Below the pieces are notes generated by a model. That model saw nothing but the letters and a program-made list of their open reading frames with translations, was not told where the DNA came from and ran no database searches. A DNA stretch of 51,578 nt. Origin: Girardia tigrina (Eukaryota). This document shows, piece by piece, positions 12,230 to 25,609 of this stretch. Where the stretch lies: the NCBI GenBank assembly GCA_001938485.1, contig MQRK01219331.1, forward strand, positions 1 to 51,578, given 5' to 3'. The translations under genes and the position numbers were made by a program. Every line of letters starts with the position of its first letter. Positions within the stretch are counted from its first letter, which is position 1.

Positions 12230-13150
12230 GGGTAACGTGGGGCTAATCCGACCACTTTTTTCGTATTTTTAATGCTCTAATTTTTTAAAGAAGAGAGAGG
12301 AAAAGCTGTTGTGGCAGCTAAAGCACCTTCATGTTACGTCAATATTTCGTTAAATAAGTTTTATAATTTCTGTGCTCTTTCATGTACATTTTATCAAAAA
12401 TATAAGTGGTCGGAATAGCCCCATGAGTGGGGCTATTCCGATCATGACAGACAGTATGAATTTTAACTGTAGGAATATCATACCAATTTGAAAAATAATG
12501 AAATCAATGTGATGCAGATGTTTTAGAAGAATTATGAAAGTAATATAAACACCCGTAGAATCATATTCAAAAGTAGCAATAGCTGAATATCAACAAAGTC
12601 AGGATAATTAATCACAAAAACGTAATGGTGGACAACGTTTTCGAGCTGTTAGTATGGATGCAGCTCGTATTGAAAGTGGTGGTGGAATGTCCACATCACT
12701 TTCCTCAGTTTCATGTAGGAACGAAAGAAATGCACTGTTAGAAGTTGATGGAACACACGATGTTGTTGAAACTGCCAAATGGGAAATGGATTTCTTTAAA
12801 GTGGATTGTCGATTTTTTAAACGGTCCAAACACTCCTGTTCTGTCAATATCTCTCCAAATCTTCTTTCGATTCGTGTGCGTTTTTCACTCGATCTTTTCA
12901 ATGCTGATGCACTTTCAGTAGTGACTACCGGTGTTATAGTCTTTGCAATAGAAGTAACGAGATGGTGTTTCGTTAGAGTTGAGACACTGCTATTGGATTC
13001 AGTAGGGACAGGACTTACTATTTCGTTTTACTTATTAAACTTTAGGTGAGCTAAATAGTAAACAATGACTAAAATATTGATCTGAAATAACAATTTCTAT
13101 GATATTTACTCTAAAGTATATAGATACTAATGGTGATCGGAATAGCCCCA
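12230..13150 (-). mobile_element. pogo/Fot1-like DNA transposon remnant
   Basis: TA|GGGTAACGTGGGGCTAATCCGACCAC end. Repeated TGGGGCTATTCCGA motifs (palindromic pair 12406-12445, another at ~13135-13150). ORF 12608-12901 (KRTRIERRFGEILTEQECLDRL) resembles pogo transposase C-termini. Confidence 0.6.
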
Positions 13151-13560
13151 TTTTAATACATCAGCTATTTCTCCAAATCTACGGGGATACTTCAATTTTT
13201 TAATTTATCAGTTTCATCTACACAGACAACAGTTTATATAGTATAAAAGCCGGGTATGACAACTTAGTCTTAATTGGTCGTTTTAACAAGAAGTTTAAAT
13301 AAGTATTTAGTAATATTTTCTTTTTAAAATAAACAATGAGGGAATATTAATATTTCTAAACACTTTGAAAAAGAATATTAGAAAAATACCCAAAATTATT
13401 TTTATTATTTTTAAAATATTATTTAGCAAACAATGAATGGATTAAAACAGAAAACAGATAGAACAGTATTTTCTAAAATAATCATTTTATTTGAATTTAT
13501 AAATATTTAAAAAATGATGATAGACTATTTTTAAAAAACAAAAAACGATCATCAGAATTT

Positions 13561-13960
13561 ATTGTGATTAATTTCGACGGATCAACCGTCATCATCAGAC
13601 TGAATTAACAATGATATACTCGCGTTTATATACCAAGGCAATGTTTATGTAATCATTATGTCATTTAAATCATGAAAATACTTTCAATAAAGTTGAAGAG
13701 GATGGTGTTTGGACATTGATTTTAGGATCAAAAGATTTAATCAACAGTGCTTCACACATCACCCTCTCCTAGTAATTATCAAATTGTGAACACAAAATCT
13801 TAAAATTACTTACGTCAACTTTACTATTCAAACAGTTCTTCTTATGTTGAGCAATATTGCTATCACTTTCCCTGCGATTATGTTCCTGAATCCGTTTACA
13901 GAGATGACGATAAGTCTCTCCGATGTATGTGGCGTCACACCCATTACATTTATTTGAATT
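13561..13960 (-). mobile_element. Penelope-like 3' fragment (GIY-YIG)
   Basis: Minus strand KCNGCDATYIGETYRHLCKRIQEH...ERVMCEALLIKSFDPKINVQ with one stop; hammerhead downstream. Confidence 0.9.
13562..13602 (-). ncRNA. Minimal hammerhead ribozyme
   Basis: Reverse complement: gt CTGATGA t gacgg ttgat ccgtc GAAA ttaa TC ac. Perfect 5-bp stem II, AUC site, short stem I. Confidence 0.75.
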
Positions 13961-14416
13961 TTATTAGAAATTTTAAAATCAATTAAGGATAAGATTAAAA
14001 ATTAAATATTTTAAACATAAAAAATTGAATATTAAGTAAGAAGTATTTTCAAAAATACTACAAATAAATTACATGTTTTTTTTATAAAAAATGCAAAATT
14101 TAAAAAAAAACAGAATATAATATTTCATTTGAAAAATAAAATTTTAAAACATTATAAAATGTTAAAATAAAAAACAAATTAAAAAAATAAATATTTCCAT
14201 TAAAAACTAAATATACGTAAATTATTAATTTTCATAGATGTTTTAAAAATTAAATATTATTTTGATTGCAATTTGAGATAATTTAAAAATTATTTGAAAA
14301 TAGAGATCGGTGGATTAAGTGTTTTATAATAAATAAATTTTTGAGTTAAAAATGAATTCTGATATTGATGTTGTAACCACTTCTTTTTTTTTGACAAAAA
14401 ACTCAAATTTTATTGG

Positions 14417-14458
14417 TTACCAACGTTTCGCTATTTAATTATAACTTTCTCAAGAGTT
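14417..14458 (-). ncRNA. Candidate variant-core hammerhead (U3-A8)
   Basis: Reverse complement: actc TTGAGAA a gttat aattaa atagc GAAA cgtt ggt. Stem II and the AACGTT palindrome are present; stem I is weak. Confidence 0.45.
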
Positions 14459-14793
14459 CAATAATCTAATGAGCTATAAGGCCATATTATACGGAACTTA
14501 TTTTGTTTAGAGACATTATAAGAAAATACACTAAGATTTCATACCAAACGTTTGCCCTTACTTAAGTAATAGCTCACAATTCTGTTACACTGTTCTATGC
14601 TTATTTATATATTGGGGTGCTACAACATCTCACTTAAATTTAAAGTTAATCTATGAATTTTATGGTAAATATTTTTATACTATTTCTGATTTATAGCGAT
14701 TTGATAACAGCATTAAAGCATTAACACAGCCTTTTTTATGCAACTCACATGGGGCTGTTTTACGAATAGTGCACAAAATTTTTTATTTGATAT

Positions 14794-15318
14794 TCACGCT
14801 AAAAATTCTGCTGTTTTCTTACTTCCCACGCTAAAGGGAAGTATTGTATTCGAAAAATTTAAAAATTTCTTAATTTTCAAAAATTTCATTTTTTGAGATC
14901 TGCACAATTCAAAACACTCTTTTTTAAAAAATGTCAGTGGTGTCGCGCTGCGCATCCAATCAATAATTTTAGCCCTCAAGAGGACTTTTTCTCGTTCTCT
15001 TTCTTTGCCATACGATCGAATTCTTGTTTCTCTGTGAATTGAATTCTGTACTGATGATGACGAACATAAATTCATGAAAATCCGGGAATATTCCCGAAGA
15101 TTATTACTTAATTTCTTATTATCCGTATCATTTACAATGGAATTAGTACAGTTTAAGTGATTTTGCCAGTCTTTTGGTGATATAAAACTGATTGATAGTT
15201 TCTTATTATAAGATTTATTATTGATAATTCGCGCTTTATCAACTTCTTTGGAGATCGATTCAAAATTATGCGATTTAACGGATTCTTTGTTCATTAATTC
15301 GGTTTTACCACAAATCAT
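14794..15318 (-). CDS. Unidentified 174-codon ORF, possible first exon of a nested antisense gene
   Basis: Long ATG-initiated ORF in very AT-rich DNA, with a GTAAGA donor at ~14823. No recognisable domain. Confidence 0.35.
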   Translation of the reverse strand: MICGKTELMNKESVKSHNFESISKEVDKARIINNKSYNKKLSISFISPKDWQNHLNCTNSIVNDTDNKKLSNNLREYSRIFMNLCSSSSVQNSIHRETRIRSYGKEREREKVLLRAKIIDWMRSATPLTFFKKECFELCRSQKMKFLKIKKFLNFSNTILPFSVGSKKTAEFLA

Positions 15319-15424
15319 TCCAATTGAACAAAATCAGAAACGCAATGCAATATATTTAAAAAATTGTGCGGTGATTCCGCTATTATTTAAACAACCAACT
15401 TTACATGATACACACGTACACATT

Positions 15425-15464
<40 letters not shown>

Positions 15465-15891
15465 TACATATTTTTTCTTCATACTAAAAAATTGTGTTTT
15501 CTTGGAAGTATTTACAATAGAAATTTAAATTTTGATTTTACTTAAATTTTCAACTGAACTAAAATTTCTAATTAATTACTTTATTTAATTTATTTTTAAA
15601 AAACATGTTTCTTTAATTAATTCTGCTTAAGTTCGATCAAGATGTAAATTATTTCAACCAGTCAGTCTGTCTTTCTGTCTTTTGGTCAATTATCTCAAAA
15701 AAGTATTTATCATAGAACAATAAAATTTGGCATACAACCTAAGAATATAAGAAGCACGTTACCAAAGGTTTTGATAGAAATATCCAGTGTAGAAAAAACG
15801 TTATGGTCAAAAATGTAGTGTTTTGAAATGGGACTGCTATAATTTATTTTATTTTTAGAAAGAATGCTGTTTAGAAATAACCAATTTTTTA

Positions 15892-16050
15892 CAGGGTGAT
15901 TCGAAAGTATGGGGATGGCTAAATATTTCGAAAATTAAAGTTCATAGAAAAAAACATTTATACAAAAGTTGTAGGAAATTAAATGTCATTTTACACAGGT
16001 ATATTTTCTTATACATGGTATACCAAGAAATAATATTTTTTTTGAATTAT
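15892..16050. mobile_element. Tc1/mariner-type terminal fragment
   Basis: TA|CAGGGTG terminus followed by typical MITE-like subterminal sequence; no partner end found. Confidence 0.45.
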
Positions 16051-16118
16051 GATGCCCTACTGATGTGGACAAGGCCACCGATCGATCGCATGCTAAAATG
16101 CGACAGCGCAGTATTTGC

Positions 16119-16441
16119 TCATCGATCAATAAAGTTTACCATATTTCGGTGGCGTTCATACTTTCGAAGGGTCGCCACCATACCCGCGCGCACCGTGATC
16201 CAGACGATGAAGGATCGGGGATCGGTCACTCGCGACACATCGGAAGTGGCGCAATTGATCGAGGGAGAGACGACCGATGTCGACGATTTACAATCGATAA
16301 ACGCGACAATCACTCCATGGGAGTTGTTGTTCTGATGGATTCGGATTGTTTGGATTTTGCCATGACTTTGAGACGTTTGTCTAATGTCGGTTTCGGTGCA
16401 TGATGGCGTTCGAACAATATCACAGGGGCAGCCATCTTGCC
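16119..16441 (-). pseudogene. GC-rich fragment with a decayed RRM-like segment
   Basis: CTETDIRQTSQSHGKIQTIRIHQNNNSHGVIVAFIDCKS resembles RRM helix1-beta2-RNP1 (cf. Spen RRM1). Adjacent to a gap. Confidence 0.35.
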
Positions 16442-17789
16442 NNNNNNNNNNNNNNNNNNNNNNNNNNNNNNNNNNNNNNNNNNNNNNNNNNNNNNNNNNN
16501 NNNNNNNNNNNNNNAACAGTTTTCTTTACGAATAAATCGTGAGAAAAAGTGGAGCTGCAACAACCGAATACGAGAGTATAGTCTTGCAGTTTGCCGTATT
16601 CTTTGAGGAGATAAATCAATTCGATATATTCGCAGTAACAATCGAATGATTCGGAAGAATTCTTGAGAAATTAATGGTAGAGAAATCGGAATCGGGTTTC
16701 GATAATGTCTTTCTTCGAAGAAAGAAAGTCGATACGATTATTAAATATGAGTCGAAACGAATTAGAAATCGAATTTTGCGTACAAAAAATATATTTATTT
16801 TGTTCAATTAAACAAAAACTTTGTCCAACATTTTTTTAATTTACATTAAGAAATTTCTTATCTATTTCATTGTTTTTGATTCACTCTTTTTATAATTGAT
16901 AAAGTTTGATTATTTTTTTTACTGCGCATCTGAATTTTTCAGTTTTAAAAATTTCAGGGGTCGCAAATCCAATTAAGAAAGTTTTTTTCAAAATTAAAAA
17001 TCAAAAAAATTAAATTAAATATCACTTAAAAAACTCTTAATTGGTTGCTACTGCTGATGCGATTTAGTGAACACTACACCTACATATTGTTGTCGAACTA
17101 TAGACAGTTGAATATCATATAGTGTATCATAAATAAATAAAGTAATGCAAAAATTTTGATTAGCCACTGTGCAAAACGTCAATGATAAAGTAAACTTATT
17201 TTATTTTCCTGCCTTAGTTTTTAAAGGTCATTTCACTATAAAACTAAAACTCAAAGCGACGTAAATATCGAATAAAGGACTTCACTCAATTTTTAAAGTT
17301 TAATGTATGGATATTACATTGTGATAAGAGAACACTAATTGTTTTGTATACCAGTTGTTGGGTATTTGTGTTGAATAATTAAAAATAAGATATTACCCTA
17401 ATGTATTTTTATATTTTATATTTCTTTATATATTATTTATATTTTATATTATTTATATTTTATATTTATATTTTTTTATATTTCTTTAAAATATGCATTT
17501 TTCTTAATTTGTTTAATAATCTTAATTATTATTTATAATTTGTGATCATCTACCAAGTCAAACTATTTAGAAATTATTTTGTTTTGCGAATTAATGCAGT
17601 TTAAATTTATAAAACTGTCAAAGAATATAAATTCAATTTTTTATTAAGTTATCTTTATATTTGTGTAAATTGTTTAAAATTGTGTTAGTGTAGGCGCATC
17701 GACGTTTTGCACAAATTAGTTTTCTATCTTTAATTAAAAATCAATGTTTTACTCCTCGGGAACTAACAAACTACAGGCATCACGTAAAG

Positions 17790-18900
17790 AAAAAGTCAGT
17801 TTTTAAGAGTAACCTGTATGTTGAACTCCGATGACTATTTAAACAAATATTTGACACAATCCAGAACTCCTCCAACGAATACTTGGACAAAGATTTGCAA
17901 CTCAGTTAAATATCTCGATTCTATTGGGTTACGAACAAGATTCACCATTAATGAACTTGAAATCTGTTTAAAGATCAATATCGAGTTGGTGTTGGTTTAT
18001 AAAACTCAAATCCACTCAATATCCTCCCAGCTCCATAGTTTATATGTAAAACTAAAATTCACAAAGTGAAGCAAACAAAATATGACTGGAATATCTGCAG
18101 TTTCAATTGCAGACAATAAGGATAGTGCTGATGTCATATACAGTGAAAACATTACAAACGAAGAATGACGATTCCTTCACTAAGCACGACCAAACAGTCT
18201 CCCAACTAATTACAAACCGAGAAAACCACGCAATGAAACACTCTGCCGAGCGTGCGGCAAAGGTACAGAGACATCGTACATGTCTTGTGTTTCTGTAAAA
18301 GAAATAGTCCAATGATTATTGCCAGACATAATGTGGAGATGCAGATTTTGAGGAAGCAATATTATCAGAAAAATCAATCATACAAATAATTAAAGACCGT
18401 GAGTGCGCGTGGTCTGACTCAAAAAGCAGAGTTGACTTACAAAAATACAATAAGGATACAAAAGAACTCTGGCTGATCGATGTCAAAACACCATACGATA
18501 CGCTTAAAACTCTAAAGAGAGAAAGAAAAGACAATGAGACGAAATATAAAAAGCTGAAAGAAGAGGCTAAAAAGTACCACAAAGGATGGACAGTTTGACT
18601 GGGCACCAATGTAGGGGGTTGCTTGGGTTCTGGCTGAGTGAAAACGTAACAATACTCAAAACATTAAAGCTCTCAGAGAGATGAAAACAAAAAATCTGAG
18701 ACACATGTGTATTGTCTCCAATGTCAAGTATTGCACTTTGACACAACACCGGTCAGTGGAACCCTCTCACGTCAAATGCAGAGACTACTGCGGTAGATGC
18801 GCCAGTAGAAGGTTCGAGTAATGCAGTCCAATGAGCAACTCTAGCTCAGAATGTTCGCCTGTTAAGAGTTCACTGATGCGAGTAGTTAAGGGTTAAATAA
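17790..18900 (+). mobile_element. Non-LTR retrotransposon 3' fragment with restriction-like endonuclease (NeSL/R2/R4 group)
   Basis: Across frameshifts: LCRACGKGTET..HVLCFC (CCHC finger), IARHN, KSRVDL...LWLIDVKTPYD (PD..DxK), KYKKL, GCLGS. Confidence 0.85.
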
Positions 18901-20091
18901 TTGAATTTATCAAGAATTTACTTTGTTTTTAAATAATAATCGAGTATAATTGTTTAAATTTGTCTTTTTTTTAACATTTTAAAGGCTAGAATATAAATTA
19001 TATCATTTTTACAAAACAACACTAATCCATACTTAATGATGGTAAATGTTTTTGGGATCCATTCTTGGAAATATTTACTCTGAATTTTTATAAACATTTC
19101 CTTTCTTGTTTAAAAAATAAAATATTTCTGAACGGTCGTTGTTTGATCTTTATTATTTGATTATTTATTAATTTTATTTTGAGAGAATCGATTAGAATTG
19201 AATTATCTTTGAAATATTTATTTAAAGATAAATTATAATCAATTATAAATTATATTGTTGTAACATGAGAAACACTGAATCATAAATATTTATATTAATG
19301 CACGTATTATGTAATTATTGAGAATTTTGCTTTCTTTTTACTCATTGCAACTATCTCAAATTTATTTTAATAATATTGGATCATAATAAATATTTTTAAT
19401 AACTGTCTATTATCGTTTTGATAATAAATGATCGTAATTATAAACAAGTTAACAAATTAGTTATTGTTAGCTTTATTATTATTTCACCACTAATTTGTGA
19501 ACTTTTTTTATTAAGGATAAATAATTAATTAGGAAATAAATAAGCAAACAAGACTAGAAAATATTTACTTCACTCATAAAAAAGTAATAAGTAACTAATT
19601 TGGATCACAATGAAAAGCAGTTTAGATCATTAGAAAGTGATTATTATTAGTGACTGGATAAGAAATACTAACAGTCGGATTACAGGACTGCGAAGGCGGA
19701 AGCTCGACTGTATGTAGTAATTATTTCTTTGAAATATCAATGTCATTGATTTTCAGAAAACGTGCGCAAAAATGTTTGACCATTCAAAGAAAATTATTAT
19801 GGCAGAATGGGCCTTGCTAGTTGTTAGGTTTAGAAATATCAGGTGCTCTTCTATTACAATATTGGTTTCTGTCGTGAATATAGTTAGTCTGACCGGTTAA
19901 CTGTTGATAATTCAATTATTATTTTACTGAATTCTTGTTGAAATTCGAATGTCAATGCCACTTTTGAGGTTAATCTATGGTCAAAAATTATTGTTTGTAG
20001 ATTATTTTTTTAAAATTATCTTTTATCGATTTTTGAATTTGCAGTAGATAATTTGTAATATTATAATATAATATCAAAGTAAATCGCTTCA

Positions 20092-20132
<41 letters not shown>

Positions 20133-20136
<4 letters not shown>

Positions 20137-20783
20137 ATGCCGAATTTGGCAACAGTTTGCTGAAATAGTGTAATTACCGAATTTATGAACTTGTCAATTT
20201 TTGCCGATTTCAATATTTATATGAAAATTTTTCATTTTAAAATGAAAATTTCTCAATATAAAATGAAAGATTGTATTTAATATTAAAAAAATATCAATTT
20301 ACTATGAAAAAATGTCAAATTAATATGAAAAAAATCAATTTAATATGAAAACAATGTATTTAATATGAAAAAATAAATTATACATGAAAAAATCTTAATT
20401 TATTATGCAAAATAGACTCCAAATGTAAAATTTTTATTCATAGTTATTTAATCTTCTTCCTTGGTGGTAAGCTGAATTACAAACATTTGCATTTTAAAAG
20501 CATTTTTCATATTAAATTGATATTCTTTTCTTATTAAAAACATAATTTTCTTATTAAATCGATATTTTTTTTAAATTAAATTGATTTTTTCATATTGAAT
20601 CGATATTTTTCATATTAAATCAATAATTTTTCAAATTAAATTGATTTTTTTAATATTAAATACATATTTTTTCATATTAAATATTACTATCAATTCCATA
20701 ATTGAATTAAAAAATTTTTAAAAAAATTGCCGAGTTCTTGAATTTGGCAAGTCGATTGCCGAATATACAAATTCGGCATAACA
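20133..20783. mobile_element. Foldback-like MITE with TGT...ACA termini
   Basis: Perfect 16-bp TIR TGTTATGCCGAATTTG / CAAATTCGGCATAACA. Subterminal GCCGA repeats. The left half has ~21-bp 'tttaatatgaaaaa' tandem units and the right half has their reverse complement. Confidence 0.85.
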
Positions 20784-21059
20784 TTTTATAAAAGCATAAC
20801 TTTTGTTTTTCACAAACATGAATTCAACTAATACAAAAATTTTCCATTCTAAATTTTCAATTTAATTACATTTTCTTTTTACTTACAAAAAAAACTAAAT
20901 CAACAAAAATACAAATTTTCTAAAATCAAACTTTTTTAATTCAATTAATTTTCATTTTTTTCAATTTTACAATTCACATTCACAAAAAAACTTTAAAACT
21001 TTCTCAAACTTTAAAATATTTTTTTCTTTACCTTTTATATTCTCAAACATTCATAAAAA

Positions 21060-22002
21060 TTTTTAATGTTCGATGAAACTCAGGATATTTTGAATATATA
21101 GATAGGCGAATTATCCGAAAGTGAATCTAAAAAGCCGTTTTTAATAGAGACGATCGAACTCGACACTACAAATAGTCGACAAAATTTTATCAAGATTCAT
21201 TTTCTTCAGCAAAAAATAATTCATGGTTCTGATGATATGACTAATTTAAGGTTTTAATATCGGACAAGTCTACATATTTTATCCAAACCGGCGAAATGTT
21301 GCAGGTTACCTATCCTGACTTAATTCACATTACTAGAATTTGTCACGGACTTCCTAATTTTGCTGAATTCATAAAAAAGAAAACCACTCAATGCTGTAGG
21401 ATCGAGAAGGTCTTACGAGTGTTACTTGCCAAAAATAGGACAAATATCAAACTGGATTTTAAAGAAATTGTCGGTGAGAAAATCCCCAAATTTCCAATTG
21501 AAACCAGATGGGGAACTTGTATCCTTTTTTTCTATTTATTTACAAAAAACAATCAGCAAATAGAAATATTCTTTAAAAGCATGCCGATGTTGAAACAAAC
21601 GAAATTTTTAAATGGAAATCATTTAAAGACGAACTTTCCTTGATTGAAAAGTTCGAAAACATTCCAATAACGATCCTTAAACTTGAAAAGAACGATCTAA
21701 CTGTTGTCGAGCAGGTAAAAATGATCGAATTTTATAGAAAAGAAATCAATTCTAAGGAAGGACTGGCGACATACATCGACGAATATCATCGAATTTTCAA
21801 ATTTAACCCAGTCTATAATTTCTTTTCAAAATACAATGTCTTAGATTGTAAGCGAGATGAAAGGTGTTTAAACAGGTGTCTCCTAAGCTTTGTTTGGGTA
21901 AGGAGATCTTTTAGTCTCTATACTAATATTTTTAGTTGTCACAGGCTTTTTATTGGCTTTAAGAATAAATTCATTCACACTATAATATATGTCATTCACT
22001 AA
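21060..22002 (+). mobile_element. Decayed hAT-superfamily (DUF659/CGGBP-like) transposase
   Basis: YPDLIHITRICHGLPNFAE (CxxH region), KFPIETRWGT, VRRSFSLY. Confidence 0.75.
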
Positions 22003-24229
22003 ATTACAACAGAATTTTATTCTCCGAAGAATCTTTTTCCCATTTAAAGAATCTTAAATGGGAAACAATCTAGAACTTTTCAGTTTGCTCAGATTTAATA
22101 TCATATTTATCATAACATTTCGAATGTAAAGTAAATAGAAACTTCTATTTAACTTAAAATAGGAGAAACTAAAGGGTTTTCAATGTTGATCTGAGGTTTT
22201 AATATAAATAATGAATATATTCGATATATGTGTTTCTATCTACAGTAATTTTATAATTTTTCTCTTTATTATTACTTCTAAAATTATTATAAACATATTA
22301 TTTTAAATTTAAATTCTAAAAATTAAAACTTTAATTGTAATCCTTTTAGATAATTTTGCTGTTGCAATAAATAAATATGAATCAAGGCAAATCTAAAATA
22401 AGAGAAATATAATTATTGCATTTAAAATATTAATTTTTATACTCTCAAATGAAACGATTAATGATTAATTGACAAACTATTATTAAAATTTACTCCAACT
22501 GAAAATGAAAACATAAAATTATTTATAAATAAATTCTAAAAGTCTCAAAAACTCCCTCTGTCCGGAAATATGGTATACATTTTAGTATACATTTTGGTAT
22601 AATAAATTAAAATACTTAATTAGTATTTAAATTAATTAGTACTTAAAATTATTATCATTAAATTAATTTTCTTTAAATTCAAATAATCAATTAATAACAT
22701 ATCAACCCCATCTATGTAGGAGAGTCACAAATCTAAACAGCATACAAACAAAAAACTTACAACATTCCAAATTTTCCATAACATAGTGGTTGCAGGAATT
22801 GATAAAAAGTCGCATGCCACCGAGTAAAGATGGGGATATACCAATTTTGAGCTCTCCCAAAAGGGGAAGATATCTTCATTGTTACAAATTGATTGTGCAT
22901 CAAAAAGGCAAAAATAGTCACTGATTTGTGTTACAAAATGTTTTGATGATATTTATTGAATCGGTCTACTTGGCATTGCAGGGCCCTTCGGGCCAACCGT
23001 TTCTGTAACTTGTAGCGGATTTTCAGTTGTTCCAGATTCGTTCTGATTATCTCGGGTGATATTTTTCATCATCTATAAATGCGACATGAGTAAAATCAAA
23101 TATTGGGATTTGTGAAAAATGATTGTGACTTCAATTAGCTCAATAGTTGTTGTTTTTGATAAAATGAGTTTCAAGAATTTTTTCTAACATCAAACTAAAT
23201 GAGTTTATGGTCACAAAATTTCTTCTGGGTAAATGAGATCTTTAGATGAACTTAAACATTTTTTCCTAACATTGCAGGTCTGAATCGATCTACTTTAGCC
23301 TTCTTGTACAGGACGAACTCATTCTTAGTCATGTTTGCCTGCTCCTAAAATCATGCACCTGTAAAAAAAAACAGATCCCCAGTTTTGTAAAAACACATTG
23401 TCTAATTTAAATCTACGCCATCTTGATCTGATTAATTACTTTCGTAGATTGATGTTTTTCAGATTTCGTCTGTTCTAACAAATCTTTCATAAGTTAAGAA
23501 CATGGGAATGATTTTTTTTCGGTTGTTACTTTTTTTAATTACTTCTAGTTTTCCAGGTATAAAGGGGAGTGCATTAACAATTACAAACCTACTTATAGGA
23601 AATAAAGGGCCCATTGAGAACGCTTTTTATAAAATGAGATTCCTTAAAATTTACCTAATAACAAAATAAACTAGGTACTTTGACTAGGTTTAAAAAAAAT
23701 TAAAAGTATAAAAAAATTTTTTTTCTCCTAATTAATTGCTATTTAATTAAATTATTATAAGTTAATAAATAACTTATTAATAAATAAATAAATTATTATT
23801 TATTAATCGGAATTTAATAAATTATTATTGAATTAAAATATAATAGTTATAATTGTACCATCCAAAACATGAAAGTTAGTCTCTTATAAAAGTTTCAAAA
23901 TAATTTTATTATTTTATTTGATGTTGATTTATGTTTTTTATTCAATATTAATTTTTACCATAAATAATTTTTTAATATTTCAAAATATAATTTCATTTCT
24001 TATGCTTTATCTGTCTATTTTGTTAATGAAATTTATTAAAAATAATTTTTAATAAAATGGTTTCCTATGTTCCATAAGAAATATTTTTAAAATTTCTGAT
24101 AAAAGGTTACTCTGTTTTTACTAAGTAGTTAAAATGGATGTTTATTAATTAGTTTCCTTTTTTTCAACTTTCAGAAGTTTCAAAACTTTTCATATTAATT
24201 TTATATATTAATTTCATATTAATTCCACT

Positions 24230-25473
24230 GAACTGGATATAATTGTATAGAGTTTTCTGTATTTCCTTTTAGTTTATTCCAGTTGGTTAGCTTGTGAGTT
24301 TACTAATGCTAGCTTATGGTACGCTAAATCTTTTCTCAATCCATCGAAAGGAATTCACACACTCGGATGACTTGAATTAAATACGGAGTTAAGGGCATTG
24401 TGAAACCTTTGGCAACAATTAGTTGTCCTTGGAGATTGATCAAGAGCCTCATCGTAGTGATTCCATGTTGTAATGTAGAATTGAGGACTTCTTTCGGCGG
24501 CACCTTAAATATATGTCGAACAAAAATAGGTCGGTACGTCTGTCTTCATCTGGAAAAGTGCTTGCAAGGATATTAAAATTGTCTTGCACTTCATCTAATG
24601 GCACGTACGACAATGTAGTCAATGATTTTAACTTTAATTTTGTGTCAATGTTTGATTCGAATTCCGATTTCAGATCGACTGCATTAATTTTCCTTATCAT
24701 GCTTTGGCAGAAATGAAAATAACATCATTTAATTTCGGCATCTGGAAAAGTACATCTTGCAGCATTCATGCAAGCCTTCTCGAAGTCTAAAAGTATCTTC
24801 TCAGGTGCCATATTCAGAACCAATCTTTTCATTCATTCTTCTTTGTCAGTAGTACATATACACATGGTGGATACTAATTTCTTACTTTGGCATGGACAGT
24901 ATAAAGTTGATGAAACATAGTTGGTGCCTTGTCAAAAGTTCCGTCATCAAATAGTATGGTTTGGCTTAATTGGCACAGTAACTCTCGATCTCCTAATACT
25001 AAAATTCGATCTGGATCGTCTAATCCCGAATCGTGTAATACTAAGTCCGAGCATTTTTTAGGAATCGAAAAATCTATCGTGAATGGATTCGGCCAGTGTT
25101 TCTTTGCTCGGTGCTTTCGAAGAGTTCTCGCAAGGGAAGATTGCTTTGGAAAATAAGCAAATGGATCCATGCTTATCTCTGTCAATGTCTCTCCAAGAAC
25201 ATTGCGGGAGTTAGCACTTATTGCAACCATGGTTTCTCTCATTCGGCTTTTAGCGATGTTTGCTTCAGCTTTTTGTGGACAGAAATCATGATAGTGACTG
25301 CTTGGATCTTGTATAATTTTCTTGTTTTTTGTTTTCATAAGAGAATGACACTTAGTCTGTCGATTTTCGTGGCACCTCCATGTATCTGTTCCATTTCTTG
25401 TGCGAATATGTAGGTATTCAAAACCATAGTAAATAAGAACTTGTTTTCCTTTCTGACTTGTTGAAAACTCCAT
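24230..25473 (-). mobile_element. Mutator-like (MULE) transposase pseudogene with N-terminal FLYWCH domain
   Basis: TSQKGKQVLIYYGFEY...WRC...C...H.H (FLYWCH), DGTFDKAPTMFHQLYTVH, downstream DFE and LSYVPLDEV. Stops and frameshifts present. Confidence 0.9.
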
Positions 25474-25609
25474 TGCCTATAAATTAAAAAATGAATTAAA
25501 GAAAAACAATTATTTTTAATTTATTAACCATTTTTAAATTTCTATTCATAAACTAAATGGGATTAAACAAAAATTATATTTATTACTGATAAATTTTAAA
25601 AACAATGGC

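Noticed and set aside
20220-20690. CRISPR-like regularly spaced repeats
   Set aside because: Degenerate tandem units without unique spacers, inside a TIR element in a eukaryotic context; no cas genes.
22680-23500. Possible decayed transposase
   Set aside because: Too degenerate to assign any motif.
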